Below, piece by piece: positions 19,269 to 28,766 of a stretch of DNA of 64,000 nt. This DNA is from a bacterium. GTDB lineage: Bacteria; Patescibacteriota; Minisyncoccia; Phycocordibacterales; UBA2100. The first letter of the stretch is position 1. Every line of letters begins with the position of its first letter. The position numbers were made by a program, and so were the translations under genes. The DNA is taken from NCBI GenBank assembly GCA_030647655.1, contig JAUSJH010000006.1:3737-67736 (forward strand). The letters run 5' to 3'. Under the pieces are notes generated by a model. That model was given only the letters and a program-made list of their open reading frames with translations. It did not search any database and had not been told where the DNA came from.

Positions 19269-19841
19269 ATGGAGTTGGTTACTGCATTTTTGATCGCGAT
19301 TTTTGTATCGCAATGTGCCCTCCTCGGGGCATCGCTAGCCTTTTGTGTCAAATACACGACACTCGCGCTTTCATACGGATACAACGCCCCATACGTCCCG
19401 ACTCACCCCGAATATTTCGAGAAGATTGCTGGAGCGCTCGAGATTAAAGTCGACGACATTGTCTACGATCTCGGATGCGGCGATGGGCGCTTAATTCTTT
19501 TTTGCGCGCGACGCGAGCCGCATGCCCAGTTCATTGGGATTGAACGTAATCGTCTTCTCGTTGCATACGCCAGAACGAGAAAATTAATGACGGGTAATCC
19601 CTCAAACGTATCTTTCAGGTGCAAGGATTTTTTTGACGTTAATTTTAGCGAGGCGACTTGTATCTACTCGTATTTACTTCCACAGACGGTGAATGCATTA
19701 TTCTCTCGTCGAAATCTTACTGGCGTGCGACTTATCTCTCGCGCTTTTCCACTCTACAACCGCACTCCCACCGAGGTCATTAGGCTCTCCCAAAAAGATG
19801 GTTCACATGGAGAGCACCTTCTCTATGCATATAAGCTATGA
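19269..19841 (+). CDS. class I SAM-dependent methyltransferase
   Basis: Motif I VYDLGCGDGRLILF; N-terminal TM helix. Confidence 0.55.
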   Translation: MELVTAFLIAIFVSQCALLGASLAFCVKYTTLALSYGYNAPYVPTHPEYFEKIAGALEIKVDDIVYDLGCGDGRLILFCARREPHAQFIGIERNRLLVAYARTRKLMTGNPSNVSFRCKDFFDVNFSEATCIYSYLLPQTVNALFSRRNLTGVRLISRAFPLYNRTPTEVIRLSQKDGSHGEHLLYAYKL

Positions 19842-19842
19842 A

Positions 19843-20544
19843 TTATAGAATCACCTCTTGGTTCTTTCCGGTAGCACTCCGGCTGTCGTGATTGTTGTAA
19901 ATAAGCATCGTTTGCTCCTTTTCTTTTGTCACCATCTCTATTAACCGCTCTACCATGGCTTTGGGATCGGAATCAAAAACTATTTTCTCGTTGGGCCGAT
20001 TCGCGGCGTCTATAATGTGTTTCAATATTTCGTCGGTCTCCCATGTGCCTTCCAAAATGCCGATTGGCCGACGATCCTCGAAGGCAACCGCGAATTCATT
20101 CAAGGTTCCTATCCTTCCGCAGCCGACAATGATCGCATCCGATGAGCGCACCAAAAGCAGGTCGCGCCCCGAATAGCCAAAGCCGGTGTAGAGAACCACG
20201 TCCATGAAATCGAGAGGGAGTCGGTAGGTTTCCACGTGTTCGCGCTCGGTCGAGGCGGGAGAAAAACCGATGGAAAAGCCGCATTCGTCCTTAGCCCCCA
20301 TCGCGGCATACATAGGGAAACCGGTCGTGGCACCCGTGGTTATAATCCCGCCGTGTTTCGCGATCTCACGCCCGACTTCTTTTGCTTTTTCATACGCGTC
20401 TAAGCCACATGCCCCCGCCTCCGCCGCGCCCGAGACCCCGATCTTCACGACGCCATACCCATCAGGCAAACGGCAGAAATTCAGGGGTACTGCTGTGTGG
20501 TTGGGATGGAGAATTCTTTTTGCCATTAACTGAAATTGTAGCAT
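19843..20544 (-). CDS. TIGR00725/SLOG (LOG-like Rossmann fold) family protein
   Basis: GGIITTGATTGFPMYAAMGA and VGCGRIGTLNEFAVA motifs typical of the LOG/DprA-like SLOG clade. Confidence 0.5.
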   Translation of the reverse strand: MLQFQLMAKRILHPNHTAVPLNFCRLPDGYGVVKIGVSGAAEAGACGLDAYEKAKEVGREIAKHGGIITTGATTGFPMYAAMGAKDECGFSIGFSPASTEREHVETYRLPLDFMDVVLYTGFGYSGRDLLLVRSSDAIIVGCGRIGTLNEFAVAFEDRRPIGILEGTWETDEILKHIIDAANRPNEKIVFDSDPKAMVERLIEMVTKEKEQTMLIYNNHDSRSATGKNQEVIL

Positions 20545-20548
20545 CTCT

Positions 20549-21970
20549 TTACCAATCTATTTCAAACGACTGTCCTGATTCGGGCACTGTCGCGTCGGTT
20601 CCAAGAAAGTCACGAATGCGTTGCGCGAGAAACATTGACGAGTGTGGTTCGCCCATCGTCACAAAGACGCGTTCAAGCGATTCCCCTGCGCCGTCAACGA
20701 AACGAAGTAACTGGTCGCGATCGGCGTGGCCGGAGTAGCCTGAAAGTGTCTCGATGTGAGCATGGACACGGATGTGTTCCCCGTCTATTTCCACTTTCTT
20801 CTCTCCATCCTGTATGCGCCGCCCCAAAGATCCGGGCACCTGATAGCCGACGAAAAGGACCGTCGCATGTTTATCGCTTAAGTAATATTTTTCATGCGCG
20901 CGGATACGACCGCCTCCGGACATTCCTGCACCTGCAATGATTATCTTTGGATTTGGTGCTTTATGTATGGCCTGCGACTCCACCGTACGAGCCGTGAGAG
21001 TGAGGCTTTTGAAAGAAAAAGGATTACCCCCCTTCCCAAAATGTTCTCGCGCCGCTGGATTTAGAAGATTCTTATACTTTCGAAACACATTGGTAACCTC
21101 TATAGCAAGCGGTGCATCGAGATACACGGAGACTGGTTGCATAATTTCCTCTTCTATCATTGCATTGAGTTCAAAGAGCAACACTTGCGTCCGCTCGATG
21201 GAAAATGACGGAATGAGAAGAACACTACGTCGAGCACGTGCATCTTCAACAAAGCTTCGCAGGTGTTCGCGGCGCTCTTCGCGCTTCTCGTGCATCCTAT
21301 CTCCGTAGACGCTCTCCATAACGATGTAGTTCGCACCTTCCGGAGTCTCCGTATCATTCAATATTGGTTCGGGGGAATTTCCTATATCGCCTGTAAATAA
21401 AACAGATTTTCCGCTGCGACCGCATTTAACCATTGCAGAACCTAGAATGTGTCCGGCATCTAGAAATTCGATTGATACGTCCCCTATGTTGAACGGTTCA
21501 TGATACCCATGCGTTTGCCAGAGCGCTAGAGCATGCCCCACGTCCTCTCTTTCATACAGTATTTCGCATCCATGCCTCTCGACTTCCCTCTGCATGATGC
21601 CAAGCGCGTCATCGAACATGAGCGCTGCGAGATCCTTGGTCGCCGCTGTTGAATATATGGGGCCTTTGAATCCGTCGTGTACAAATCTCGGAATCCTTCC
21701 AATGTGGTCAGCATGCGCGTGTGTGACGACGAGGGCATCTATTTTCTTCGTGTCGTACGGAAAGGGGGCTGCGTTCGCGATATCACATACACGCTCACGC
21801 TGGAGAATGCCGCAATCTATTAATATTTTTTTGCCTAAATCATTCGTCTCTGACGAATGATCGGCCGAACCATCTGCGTTTTGCGCAGATGGTTTTAGGC
21901 CAGTATCCAAAAGAAAGTTCGCCCCTGTCACCGTGCCAGCGCCACCGTAAAATGTTATCCCAGCCGACAT
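20549..21970 (-). CDS. MBL-fold beta-CASP ribonuclease (RNase J-like)
   Basis: HAHADH metallo-beta-lactamase motif (VVTHAHADHIG), beta-CASP region, C-terminal GHADRDQL motif; 473 aa. Confidence 0.75.
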   Translation of the reverse strand: MSAGITFYGGAGTVTGANFLLDTGLKPSAQNADGSADHSSETNDLGKKILIDCGILQRERVCDIANAAPFPYDTKKIDALVVTHAHADHIGRIPRFVHDGFKGPIYSTAATKDLAALMFDDALGIMQREVERHGCEILYEREDVGHALALWQTHGYHEPFNIGDVSIEFLDAGHILGSAMVKCGRSGKSVLFTGDIGNSPEPILNDTETPEGANYIVMESVYGDRMHEKREERREHLRSFVEDARARRSVLLIPSFSIERTQVLLFELNAMIEEEIMQPVSVYLDAPLAIEVTNVFRKYKNLLNPAAREHFGKGGNPFSFKSLTLTARTVESQAIHKAPNPKIIIAGAGMSGGGRIRAHEKYYLSDKHATVLFVGYQVPGSLGRRIQDGEKKVEIDGEHIRVHAHIETLSGYSGHADRDQLLRFVDGAGESLERVFVTMGEPHSSMFLAQRIRDFLGTDATVPESGQSFEIDW

Positions 21971-22178
21971 TGAGCGATTCTAGCACTCTAAACCCCGCCA
22001 AGGGCGGGGCTCAGGGGTGCGGTCAGTACGGCAAGCCTGGGTTTGGACCAGGTGGGTTGCCGCAGCATTTACACCAAAGGCGCAAAGCGATGTAGGCATT
22101 CCCTTTCTTGTACCAAGCAGGTTTAAGTACCGGCCGCTAAAATCAGTATACCACTCTATTTTTCCGTGCAAATGGAAA

Positions 22179-22787
22179 CTACGGAAGAATATTCTCCAAT
22201 TCTTTGTTGTACATTATATCCTCGCGAGTCACTTTGTAGTCTATTATCTCGGCTTTTTTGAACCAGTGCGGTATTTCCATGTCGGCTTCCGAGACAGAGC
22301 CGGATGCGTGGATAAGATTGCGCACCGCGCGGTCGTCTGCGTCCGACATGACATAGGAATCCACGACGAAATCGCCGCGAATAGTGCCCACCGGAGCTCC
22401 ACGTGGTTCGGTGCCGCCGGTAATCTTGCGGACGAGCTCTACCGCGTGCGCGCCCTCCCACACCATACAGATGACGGGACCAGCCGTAAGATATTTCTTG
22501 AGGTTTTTGAGGATTTTCGCGGTTATCTCTAGCGGGTCTTCGGATGGCGGCGTTAATCCGCGGTCGCGATAATTCTTAATCGTCTTTTCTCCCGTCACAC
22601 GGCGCCAATTCGGGTCGAGCGTGTAGTGTCCTTCCACCTGCTCGGCCGTAGGCACCACCATCTTCAATCCGACCAATTTCAATCCAAGCCGCTCGTAGCG
22701 CACGATAATCTCGCCAACGAGTGACCGCTGTATCGCATCGGGCTTGATAATGACAAGCGTCCGCTCTTTTTTGGGGTGGTCTTTCAT
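22179..22787 (-). CDS. ndk: nucleoside diphosphate kinase (long form with insertion)
   Basis: ERTLVIIKPDAIQRSLVGEII..., NLIHASGSVSEA (active-site His region); 202 aa. Confidence 0.8.
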   Translation of the reverse strand: MKDHPKKERTLVIIKPDAIQRSLVGEIIVRYERLGLKLVGLKMVVPTAEQVEGHYTLDPNWRRVTGEKTIKNYRDRGLTPPSEDPLEITAKILKNLKKYLTAGPVICMVWEGAHAVELVRKITGGTEPRGAPVGTIRGDFVVDSYVMSDADDRAVRNLIHASGSVSEADMEIPHWFKKAEIIDYKVTREDIMYNKELENILP

Positions 22788-22860
22788 GTCCGCTACTGTA
22801 CCATAATTTTACTGATTTGCGTATGCATCTTTCTCCGCCACCGTGAAGAGATCGTGGTTG

Positions 22861-24633
22861 TTAGTAGCAATACGAGGAGCAGTATCCTATCCCGAACATA
22901 GCTGTTGCTTGTCCTGCAGTTGCTTCGTTACCACTGAATAGTATTTGATAATTCTGAAAGTTTCCTCCTGCAAGTTCACTTGGTATCGTCCATGTGAAGC
23001 TGCCGCCTTGTAATCCTGAAGAATATGCGGTGCCAAGCGAACGGTCGATTGAGCCATATGGGATGCCGCCCAATAAGCGTAAAGAGTAACTCTTTACCCC
23101 CACATCAGAGCCTGTCCACGTAATACGGTATGTTTGACCGGCATACAGTTGCGCGCCAGGAGTCGGGAATGTGATTGTAACTGGCTGCACCAGATTGCTC
23201 AAAACTTTTACACGGACCGAATTGCTCGTCCCGTACTGATTCACGACGTACAGGTCATAGCTCTGCCCGACAATAAGCGACGAGGGGACATCCGCATTCA
23301 CCCGGGTCTCGCTCGTCCACGTCACGGTCGCCGGAATACCACTGAAGAACACTTTGGTTGAATCGACCGTAGCAAGATTATTTCCGTAAATCGACACTTC
23401 GCCACCCGCATCTACCTCCAAATTGCCGGCAGCTTTTGCGCTCGTTGAGATGATGACAGGATCGGTACTTGGAGCATTGACGACGGTGAAATAGCCATTG
23501 CTTTCATCGCGAACATTGCCCGTAGTGAGCGCGACCTTGTACTGCCCGCCCGGTAAGAGCTCACCTGTATTTGGACAGACGTAGCCCGGCCCCATATAGA
23601 ACCCGTACGTCCCGGCAGACACCGCAACAGTGCCGATGTTGCACGAGATTGTCGGGGACACAAGAAATACCCCGGCCGATCCTACGACTCCATGCGCTAT
23701 CCAATTCACTCGCAGATCTACATCCTTACCGCTACCGAAGACGAGGGATTCTCCGCCGTTCGGATACGTAATTGTGATAGACGAAGATGTGTCGACGACG
23801 TAATCAGATGTTTCGCCGACATCATAGCAGTAGCGTCCTTGCTCCCCCCTACAGCCGGCCGAATCGCTCCCCGTCCACAAATTCCCTTGTGAGGGCGCGA
23901 CGTCATTATCATAGTCGAGCGCGGAACTTCTGTTTTCGAGACTTGCACCGAGTTCATATCCTCTTCCCCCTCCGAGTTGATCATATGAATATGAGTTGTT
24001 ATCAGAGACATCTATCGGAACGGAGGCAATGTAGTCAGGCGCGAGAAAAGAGGTTGTCGGAGGATACATCCCCTTATCATCGTAGTAGAGCTCCAGCGCG
24101 AGTTGAAGCTGCTTGATATCGGCGATTCGACGCGCATCACGACCTTTTGCCCGCGCCTCGGCGGTATTCTCTGGAATTTCCATGCCGTAACAGAGCCGTG
24201 CCATCGCGGTGCGGGTGCGCGAGCCGACAAAGCCGTAGCCCGTTGAGTCCGGGTCGCCGGAAGATACGACGCCGTGCGCGGCTTGCCAGCGCTGCACCGC
24301 GCGCATCGTTGCAGGGCCGAAGTAGCCAGTGATGCGCGCTTCGGGATAGATTGAGGGGCCATACGAAGCGAGAAATTGTTGGAGTTTGGTAACCTCCCCG
24401 TTGGTGTCTGCATCGGTGTCGTCAACTGAAAGACTATTTGAAAGAGAGACGCACGCTGAAGTACTGGCGGGGGTGGTATTTGCGGGGACACCGAGTTGGG
24501 ACCTTAGAGCGGTGATTTGTGTTAGCAAACTCTGGACTTGAGCCTGCAAGTCGCTCAACGTATCAGAGGAAGCGAAGAGTGGTGACGCGAGAAAGAGAAG
24601 TCCGAGGCCGCCGAAGGCGATTTTTTTAAGCAT
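22861..24633 (-). CDS. secreted coiled-coil / peptidoglycan-binding-domain protein with pseudopilin (GspG-like) domain and beta-rich C-terminal region
   Basis: Signal peptide MLKKIAFGGLGLLFLASPLFA, heptad region LSDLQAQVQSLLTQITALRSQL, PG_binding_1-like VTKLQQFLASYGPSIYP...YFGPATMRAVQRWQ, then RDARRIADIKQLQLALELYYDDKGMYP (type IV pilin/pseudopilin globular-domain signature) without the N-terminal pilin TM helix. Confidence 0.6.
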   Translation of the reverse strand: MLKKIAFGGLGLLFLASPLFASSDTLSDLQAQVQSLLTQITALRSQLGVPANTTPASTSACVSLSNSLSVDDTDADTNGEVTKLQQFLASYGPSIYPEARITGYFGPATMRAVQRWQAAHGVVSSGDPDSTGYGFVGSRTRTAMARLCYGMEIPENTAEARAKGRDARRIADIKQLQLALELYYDDKGMYPPTTSFLAPDYIASVPIDVSDNNSYSYDQLGGGRGYELGASLENRSSALDYDNDVAPSQGNLWTGSDSAGCRGEQGRYCYDVGETSDYVVDTSSSITITYPNGGESLVFGSGKDVDLRVNWIAHGVVGSAGVFLVSPTISCNIGTVAVSAGTYGFYMGPGYVCPNTGELLPGGQYKVALTTGNVRDESNGYFTVVNAPSTDPVIISTSAKAAGNLEVDAGGEVSIYGNNLATVDSTKVFFSGIPATVTWTSETRVNADVPSSLIVGQSYDLYVVNQYGTSNSVRVKVLSNLVQPVTITFPTPGAQLYAGQTYRITWTGSDVGVKSYSLRLLGGIPYGSIDRSLGTAYSSGLQGGSFTWTIPSELAGGNFQNYQILFSGNEATAGQATAMFGIGYCSSYCY

Positions 24634-24742
24634 GATTTTGACCTCTATGGTAATACCGTAAGGGTAACACGTACTGCACTATTGATGCAGCACCACAGGC
24701 TACCGGTAGTCGTCGGGAGGTTAAACCTCCAGAGTTCACTTT

Positions 24743-25915
24743 TTAGTTGGAAATCGTAAACACCCCACTTTCGGCGAGAGTGTCCATTCCTCTGCTGATG
24801 CGAATCTTGTATCTGCCCGGTACAACAGTATTTTCCTTGTTGATAGTACCAGCACCGAGATAGTTGAGCGTTATGCTGGCAGTCCATCCACTGAATTCTG
24901 CTTGCGAACCGTTGTTTAAGCTGCCAACTATTCCTGCTTGAGAACCATCTTCCCGTATAAGATTCAGAACTACCTTATCGCCCTCAGGCCATGTAGCGAT
25001 GACAGGTTCACTCAGCTTAATTATATGCGCCTCGCCGGTCTTCCAACGGTCGCCGGGTATCGGCGAAAGAACGGTAATGCCGTTTTGAGAACTCTCCGTA
25101 ACCGTAAAGGAAACGGAATTACTCCACTTCGACCATGGTTTTACGGAAATCTCGTAGACGCCTGGAGACACAGAAAAATATGATGCGCATGGAAGTCCTG
25201 AATAAGAAGTGTCCTGCTTACAGAACGATGACTGTATTGTTGTCACGATAGTAGTATCGTCGCTACCAGTCCTGTCCCCGTACATAACACCGCTAGAGTA
25301 ATCCGGAGGGTTAAATTCCGTTGCAATACGAGCATTCAGATCACCTTCAAAACCGCGCAGATTTTTGCCTTTGATAGTAATCTTTGTGCCGATAGGACCG
25401 CTCGAAGGAGTTACGCTGTAAATGACGGGGTCTAAAGTGCTATTGCTGGTCGAACCTGAGCCGCATGATTCTGTGATCTTTGCCCGTGTCATCGGACCGA
25501 CGCCGCTTTTGGGTGTTACGAAACCCATGCCGTGGGCTTTTTGCCAACGCATGACCGCCTGCGCGGTGAGATTTCCATAATAGCCAGTGATAGGACCCGT
25601 GTAAACCCCCTGATCTGTGAGAAACTGTTGCAGACGTGACACTTCATCATCGTGCAGTGAGTCGGTAGAACCTATGATTAAATTTCGCGTAATCATCGGG
25701 CACGTCCCCGCACCCGTCGGATTAGACGGGGCAGTTTTCATGGCGGCCATCTGCGCTTTCAACTGGGTGATTTGTGCGAGCAACCCTTGAATTTGCGATT
25801 GTAGTTCCTCAATCGGATTCGTCGTGGCAAGTGCGGGTGTGGCAAGAAAAAGAATTCCCAAAACCGGAAGCGCGAGTTTTTTAAGCATGATGTTTGCCTT
25901 AAGGGTAATGCACAA
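24743..25915 (-). CDS. secreted coiled-coil / peptidoglycan-binding-domain protein
   Basis: Signal MLKKLALPVLGILFLATPALA, IEELQSQIQGLLAQITQLKAQMAAM, VSRLQQFLTDQGVYTGPITGYYGNLTAQAVMRWQ PGBD-like; paralog of 22861..24633. Confidence 0.6.
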   Translation of the reverse strand: MCITLKANIMLKKLALPVLGILFLATPALATTNPIEELQSQIQGLLAQITQLKAQMAAMKTAPSNPTGAGTCPMITRNLIIGSTDSLHDDEVSRLQQFLTDQGVYTGPITGYYGNLTAQAVMRWQKAHGMGFVTPKSGVGPMTRAKITESCGSGSTSNSTLDPVIYSVTPSSGPIGTKITIKGKNLRGFEGDLNARIATEFNPPDYSSGVMYGDRTGSDDTTIVTTIQSSFCKQDTSYSGLPCASYFSVSPGVYEISVKPWSKWSNSVSFTVTESSQNGITVLSPIPGDRWKTGEAHIIKLSEPVIATWPEGDKVVLNLIREDGSQAGIVGSLNNGSQAEFSGWTASITLNYLGAGTINKENTVVPGRYKIRISRGMDTLAESGVFTISN

Positions 25916-25940
25916 ATGCTAGCATTTTCGGCCTTATTGT

Positions 25941-28766
25941 CTATTGATACAACGATGCGGGCAATTCGGGTTCGAGTGGGTTTGGCGCGGGCTTTTTGCC
26001 GTAGGCGGCGTCGAATTTGCGGCGAATGTCTGCTTCTACCTCTTCTCTATCTTTCCCATACATTTTGTATGAAAGTTCTTTCATCGTGTCTATCTTGCTG
26101 TAATCCATGTGAGGAAGATCGGCAGTTTGGATAGTGAATGGTCGCGCAGGGACGCCATTGACGAGAAGCGCCAAAACCGCGGTTCTGTTCGGCAGATTCT
26201 CAAGATCCTGCTGCGTGAATATCGGCGTAAATTGTTTCTCCAAAAACTCGGCATCTTGCGTGCCTACACGGAACGACGCTTTGGTGCCCACATTTCCGAT
26301 GACCGCGTCGCGGATGTCTTCTTCGAGCTGCGCAATAAATTGATGCGCTATCGTGAGTGAGAGCTTGTATTTGCGGGCCTCGGAGAGAATGGTCGCGATT
26401 GATGGTGTAGCGAAGTTCTGGAACTCGTCGATATAGAGATAAAAGACGGGCAAAAGGTCGCCCCTCGTGTCAACACGCGAGAATGCCGCCTGCAGAAATT
26501 TTGAGACGAGAATAAGACCGAGGAGCGAGGTGTTTCGATCGCCCAAGCGACCTTTCGAGAGATTGGCGAGAAAAATCTTTTTCTTATCCATTATCTCGCG
26601 GAAATTGAACGCGGATTTTTCCTGGCTAACGATAGGCCGCATGATGTCGTTGGTGAGAAAGACGTCGAACTTGCTGGTGATGTAGGGCGCCACGTTCTCA
26701 AGGCTGGGGTCACCTTGCGCCTGTTCGGCAATTTTGCGCCAGAATTGCACGATTATTGGGTTATTGCAGTGGCTAAGCTTTAAATTGCGGAACGCGGTAT
26801 CGGCGAATACACGCGGTATCTCGACGAAAGTACTTCCTGTGTCCGGATCCTCGACGACGAGCTGCACCGCGTTGCGGTAGTATTGCTCGAACATCGGGCC
26901 GAAGGCCTCCGGCACGTCGGCGTAGAGTTTTCTGAAAATGCCATACACTTCGTCCACCACGAATGTCTTCATTTCCGGCTTCGAGCGGTCGTACTCGAGC
27001 ATGTTGAGGCCCATCGGCCGTGCTGTGTATGCAGGGTCAAAATAGATGACGTCTTTCATGCGCTCGGGCGGGATACACGCGAGCACATCCTCGATGTCGT
27101 TGCCGTGCGGATCGATGAAGGCAACTCCTTCGCCGTTCTTTATATCCTGAATAATCATATTCTTGATGAGCCCTGTCTTTCCGGTACCTGTCTGTCCGAT
27201 GACATACGCATGGCGGAGGCGATCCGACGCCCCGAATCGCACCGGCGTCTCGTCGGCGCCGTACTTGTTGATACCGATGGTGATGCCGTCGGCCGGAGTC
27301 TCGACTGGCGCAGGCGCTTGTTTGGCGAAGCTGCGCTTCAACTCGCGTGAGGTCGTGAGGCGCTCGGCGGTGAAATGGAATATCGAGGTCACTTCCGCTA
27401 GCGAGAGCGGCATCGATATCCCGTGGTCGAACTCTCGGTATGTAAAGTCGCGCAGAAAGTTGGCAAGTCCCCAACTTCCGACTTCTTTGAAGATTAAATG
27501 ATTGCCTTTTGCATCATCGTACTGGTTGAAAGGCGCCTCCAGATTACTCAAAAGTTCTTCCGCACGGGCTTTTGTCGGCGCGGACGTGACGAGGCGGATG
27601 GAGACGGGTGCTATGCGCGTTTTTACCTTCTTAGTTACCTCTTCGGTCACCACCTGATCGCTCGAGCGGCGGAATTGTTTTTCCACTTCCATCTCATACT
27701 CCTTCGCCATGAATATTTGTTTTGCCATTGCATAGACCGCTTCTCCAATTTCTGTTTCAGGCACTTTGATGGCCTTGCGGAAATTTTTCCCCTTCTCAAG
27801 TTCCCGAATAATCTTCTTATAGTGATGATTGTACCGATCGCCTTCGGTCGAGACGGTAATCTGTAGCGCCGCCCCCTCCCCGTGTTTTGCTATTTTCGCG
27901 AACGCCGCAAGCAAGACGTTCATCGGATCGTGCTCAAAAAGCTCGGGGGTTTTGAGGGGAAGCGAGGGATGGTCGGCAAGAGTCGCATAGGCGGCAGCAT
28001 GCTCGCCTTCGTAGTTGAAAATGTTGTAATCACCGCGAGATTCGGACATACGCGCGTTGGGAAATACGGATGATATAAGGCGCTCCGCAAGGATCTTTTT
28101 TGCCCGCGGCACGGCGAGGTACAAAAATGCTTCTTCGCTCCCCTCTTGCACTGCGATCTCGAGTGAGAATCCTTCGTGCTTGTCGATGAGGGAGGTGAGG
28201 CCTGCGTAAAGCTGTTCGGAAGATGAGAGGAGCTGTTCGAGCTTGTGCTGTTGATTCTCCTGTTTGTCACCCTCACCAAATGCCTGCGGCTGTATCTCGA
28301 AGAGAACCATGTTGAGTGCGCGGCGAACTTTCTCGGGCGCCTTCATACCGTGGTCCGGCAAGCCTTCTGCGATGTAGCGCACCAAGGCGCGATGCACGTC
28401 GTCCTCGAGGTGCGGATTCTTCATGCGTGCCGCGACCGAAAGTGCGTTCCTTATACCGCTCTGCTGGACCAGTCGCAGTATCTCGTCCACCTGTTTATCG
28501 TGCGTCTCCGGCTCAAGTTTCAAGACCGTGCGCACAATGTCGTGCTCGGCCATAACAACCGTTTCGTGGAGGACGGTCGCCGCAGGAGTGTCCGCATAGG
28601 CGGCAACTTCACGGCGGGCGATACGGTCTTTTTCAAAACGGTTGTCCGGCGCTTCCATCTCGGCCTCTTTCTCGCGCACCCGCTCGCGCAAATAGGCAAG
28701 CTCCTCTTCAGGTGATTTGAATTTCTCTAGAGCCGCATTACGCGGCTTCTCCATCATGGGAGGCAT
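25941..28766 (-). CDS. large P-loop NTPase, VirD4/TraG/TraD (type IV coupling protein)-like ATPase domain with about 500-aa N-terminal extension
   Basis: Walker A GQTGTGKT followed by AFIDPHG / YFDPAY (DP motifs of T4SS-DNA_transf family), Walker B-like YIDEFQNF, RKYKLSLTIAHQFIAQL (TraG-like Q motif); 941 aa, no N-terminal TM helices. Confidence 0.55.
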   Translation of the reverse strand: MPPMMEKPRNAALEKFKSPEEELAYLRERVREKEAEMEAPDNRFEKDRIARREVAAYADTPAATVLHETVVMAEHDIVRTVLKLEPETHDKQVDEILRLVQQSGIRNALSVAARMKNPHLEDDVHRALVRYIAEGLPDHGMKAPEKVRRALNMVLFEIQPQAFGEGDKQENQQHKLEQLLSSSEQLYAGLTSLIDKHEGFSLEIAVQEGSEEAFLYLAVPRAKKILAERLISSVFPNARMSESRGDYNIFNYEGEHAAAYATLADHPSLPLKTPELFEHDPMNVLLAAFAKIAKHGEGAALQITVSTEGDRYNHHYKKIIRELEKGKNFRKAIKVPETEIGEAVYAMAKQIFMAKEYEMEVEKQFRRSSDQVVTEEVTKKVKTRIAPVSIRLVTSAPTKARAEELLSNLEAPFNQYDDAKGNHLIFKEVGSWGLANFLRDFTYREFDHGISMPLSLAEVTSIFHFTAERLTTSRELKRSFAKQAPAPVETPADGITIGINKYGADETPVRFGASDRLRHAYVIGQTGTGKTGLIKNMIIQDIKNGEGVAFIDPHGNDIEDVLACIPPERMKDVIYFDPAYTARPMGLNMLEYDRSKPEMKTFVVDEVYGIFRKLYADVPEAFGPMFEQYYRNAVQLVVEDPDTGSTFVEIPRVFADTAFRNLKLSHCNNPIIVQFWRKIAEQAQGDPSLENVAPYITSKFDVFLTNDIMRPIVSQEKSAFNFREIMDKKKIFLANLSKGRLGDRNTSLLGLILVSKFLQAAFSRVDTRGDLLPVFYLYIDEFQNFATPSIATILSEARKYKLSLTIAHQFIAQLEEDIRDAVIGNVGTKASFRVGTQDAEFLEKQFTPIFTQQDLENLPNRTAVLALLVNGVPARPFTIQTADLPHMDYSKIDTMKELSYKMYGKDREEVEADIRRKFDAAYGKKPAPNPLEPELPASLYQ

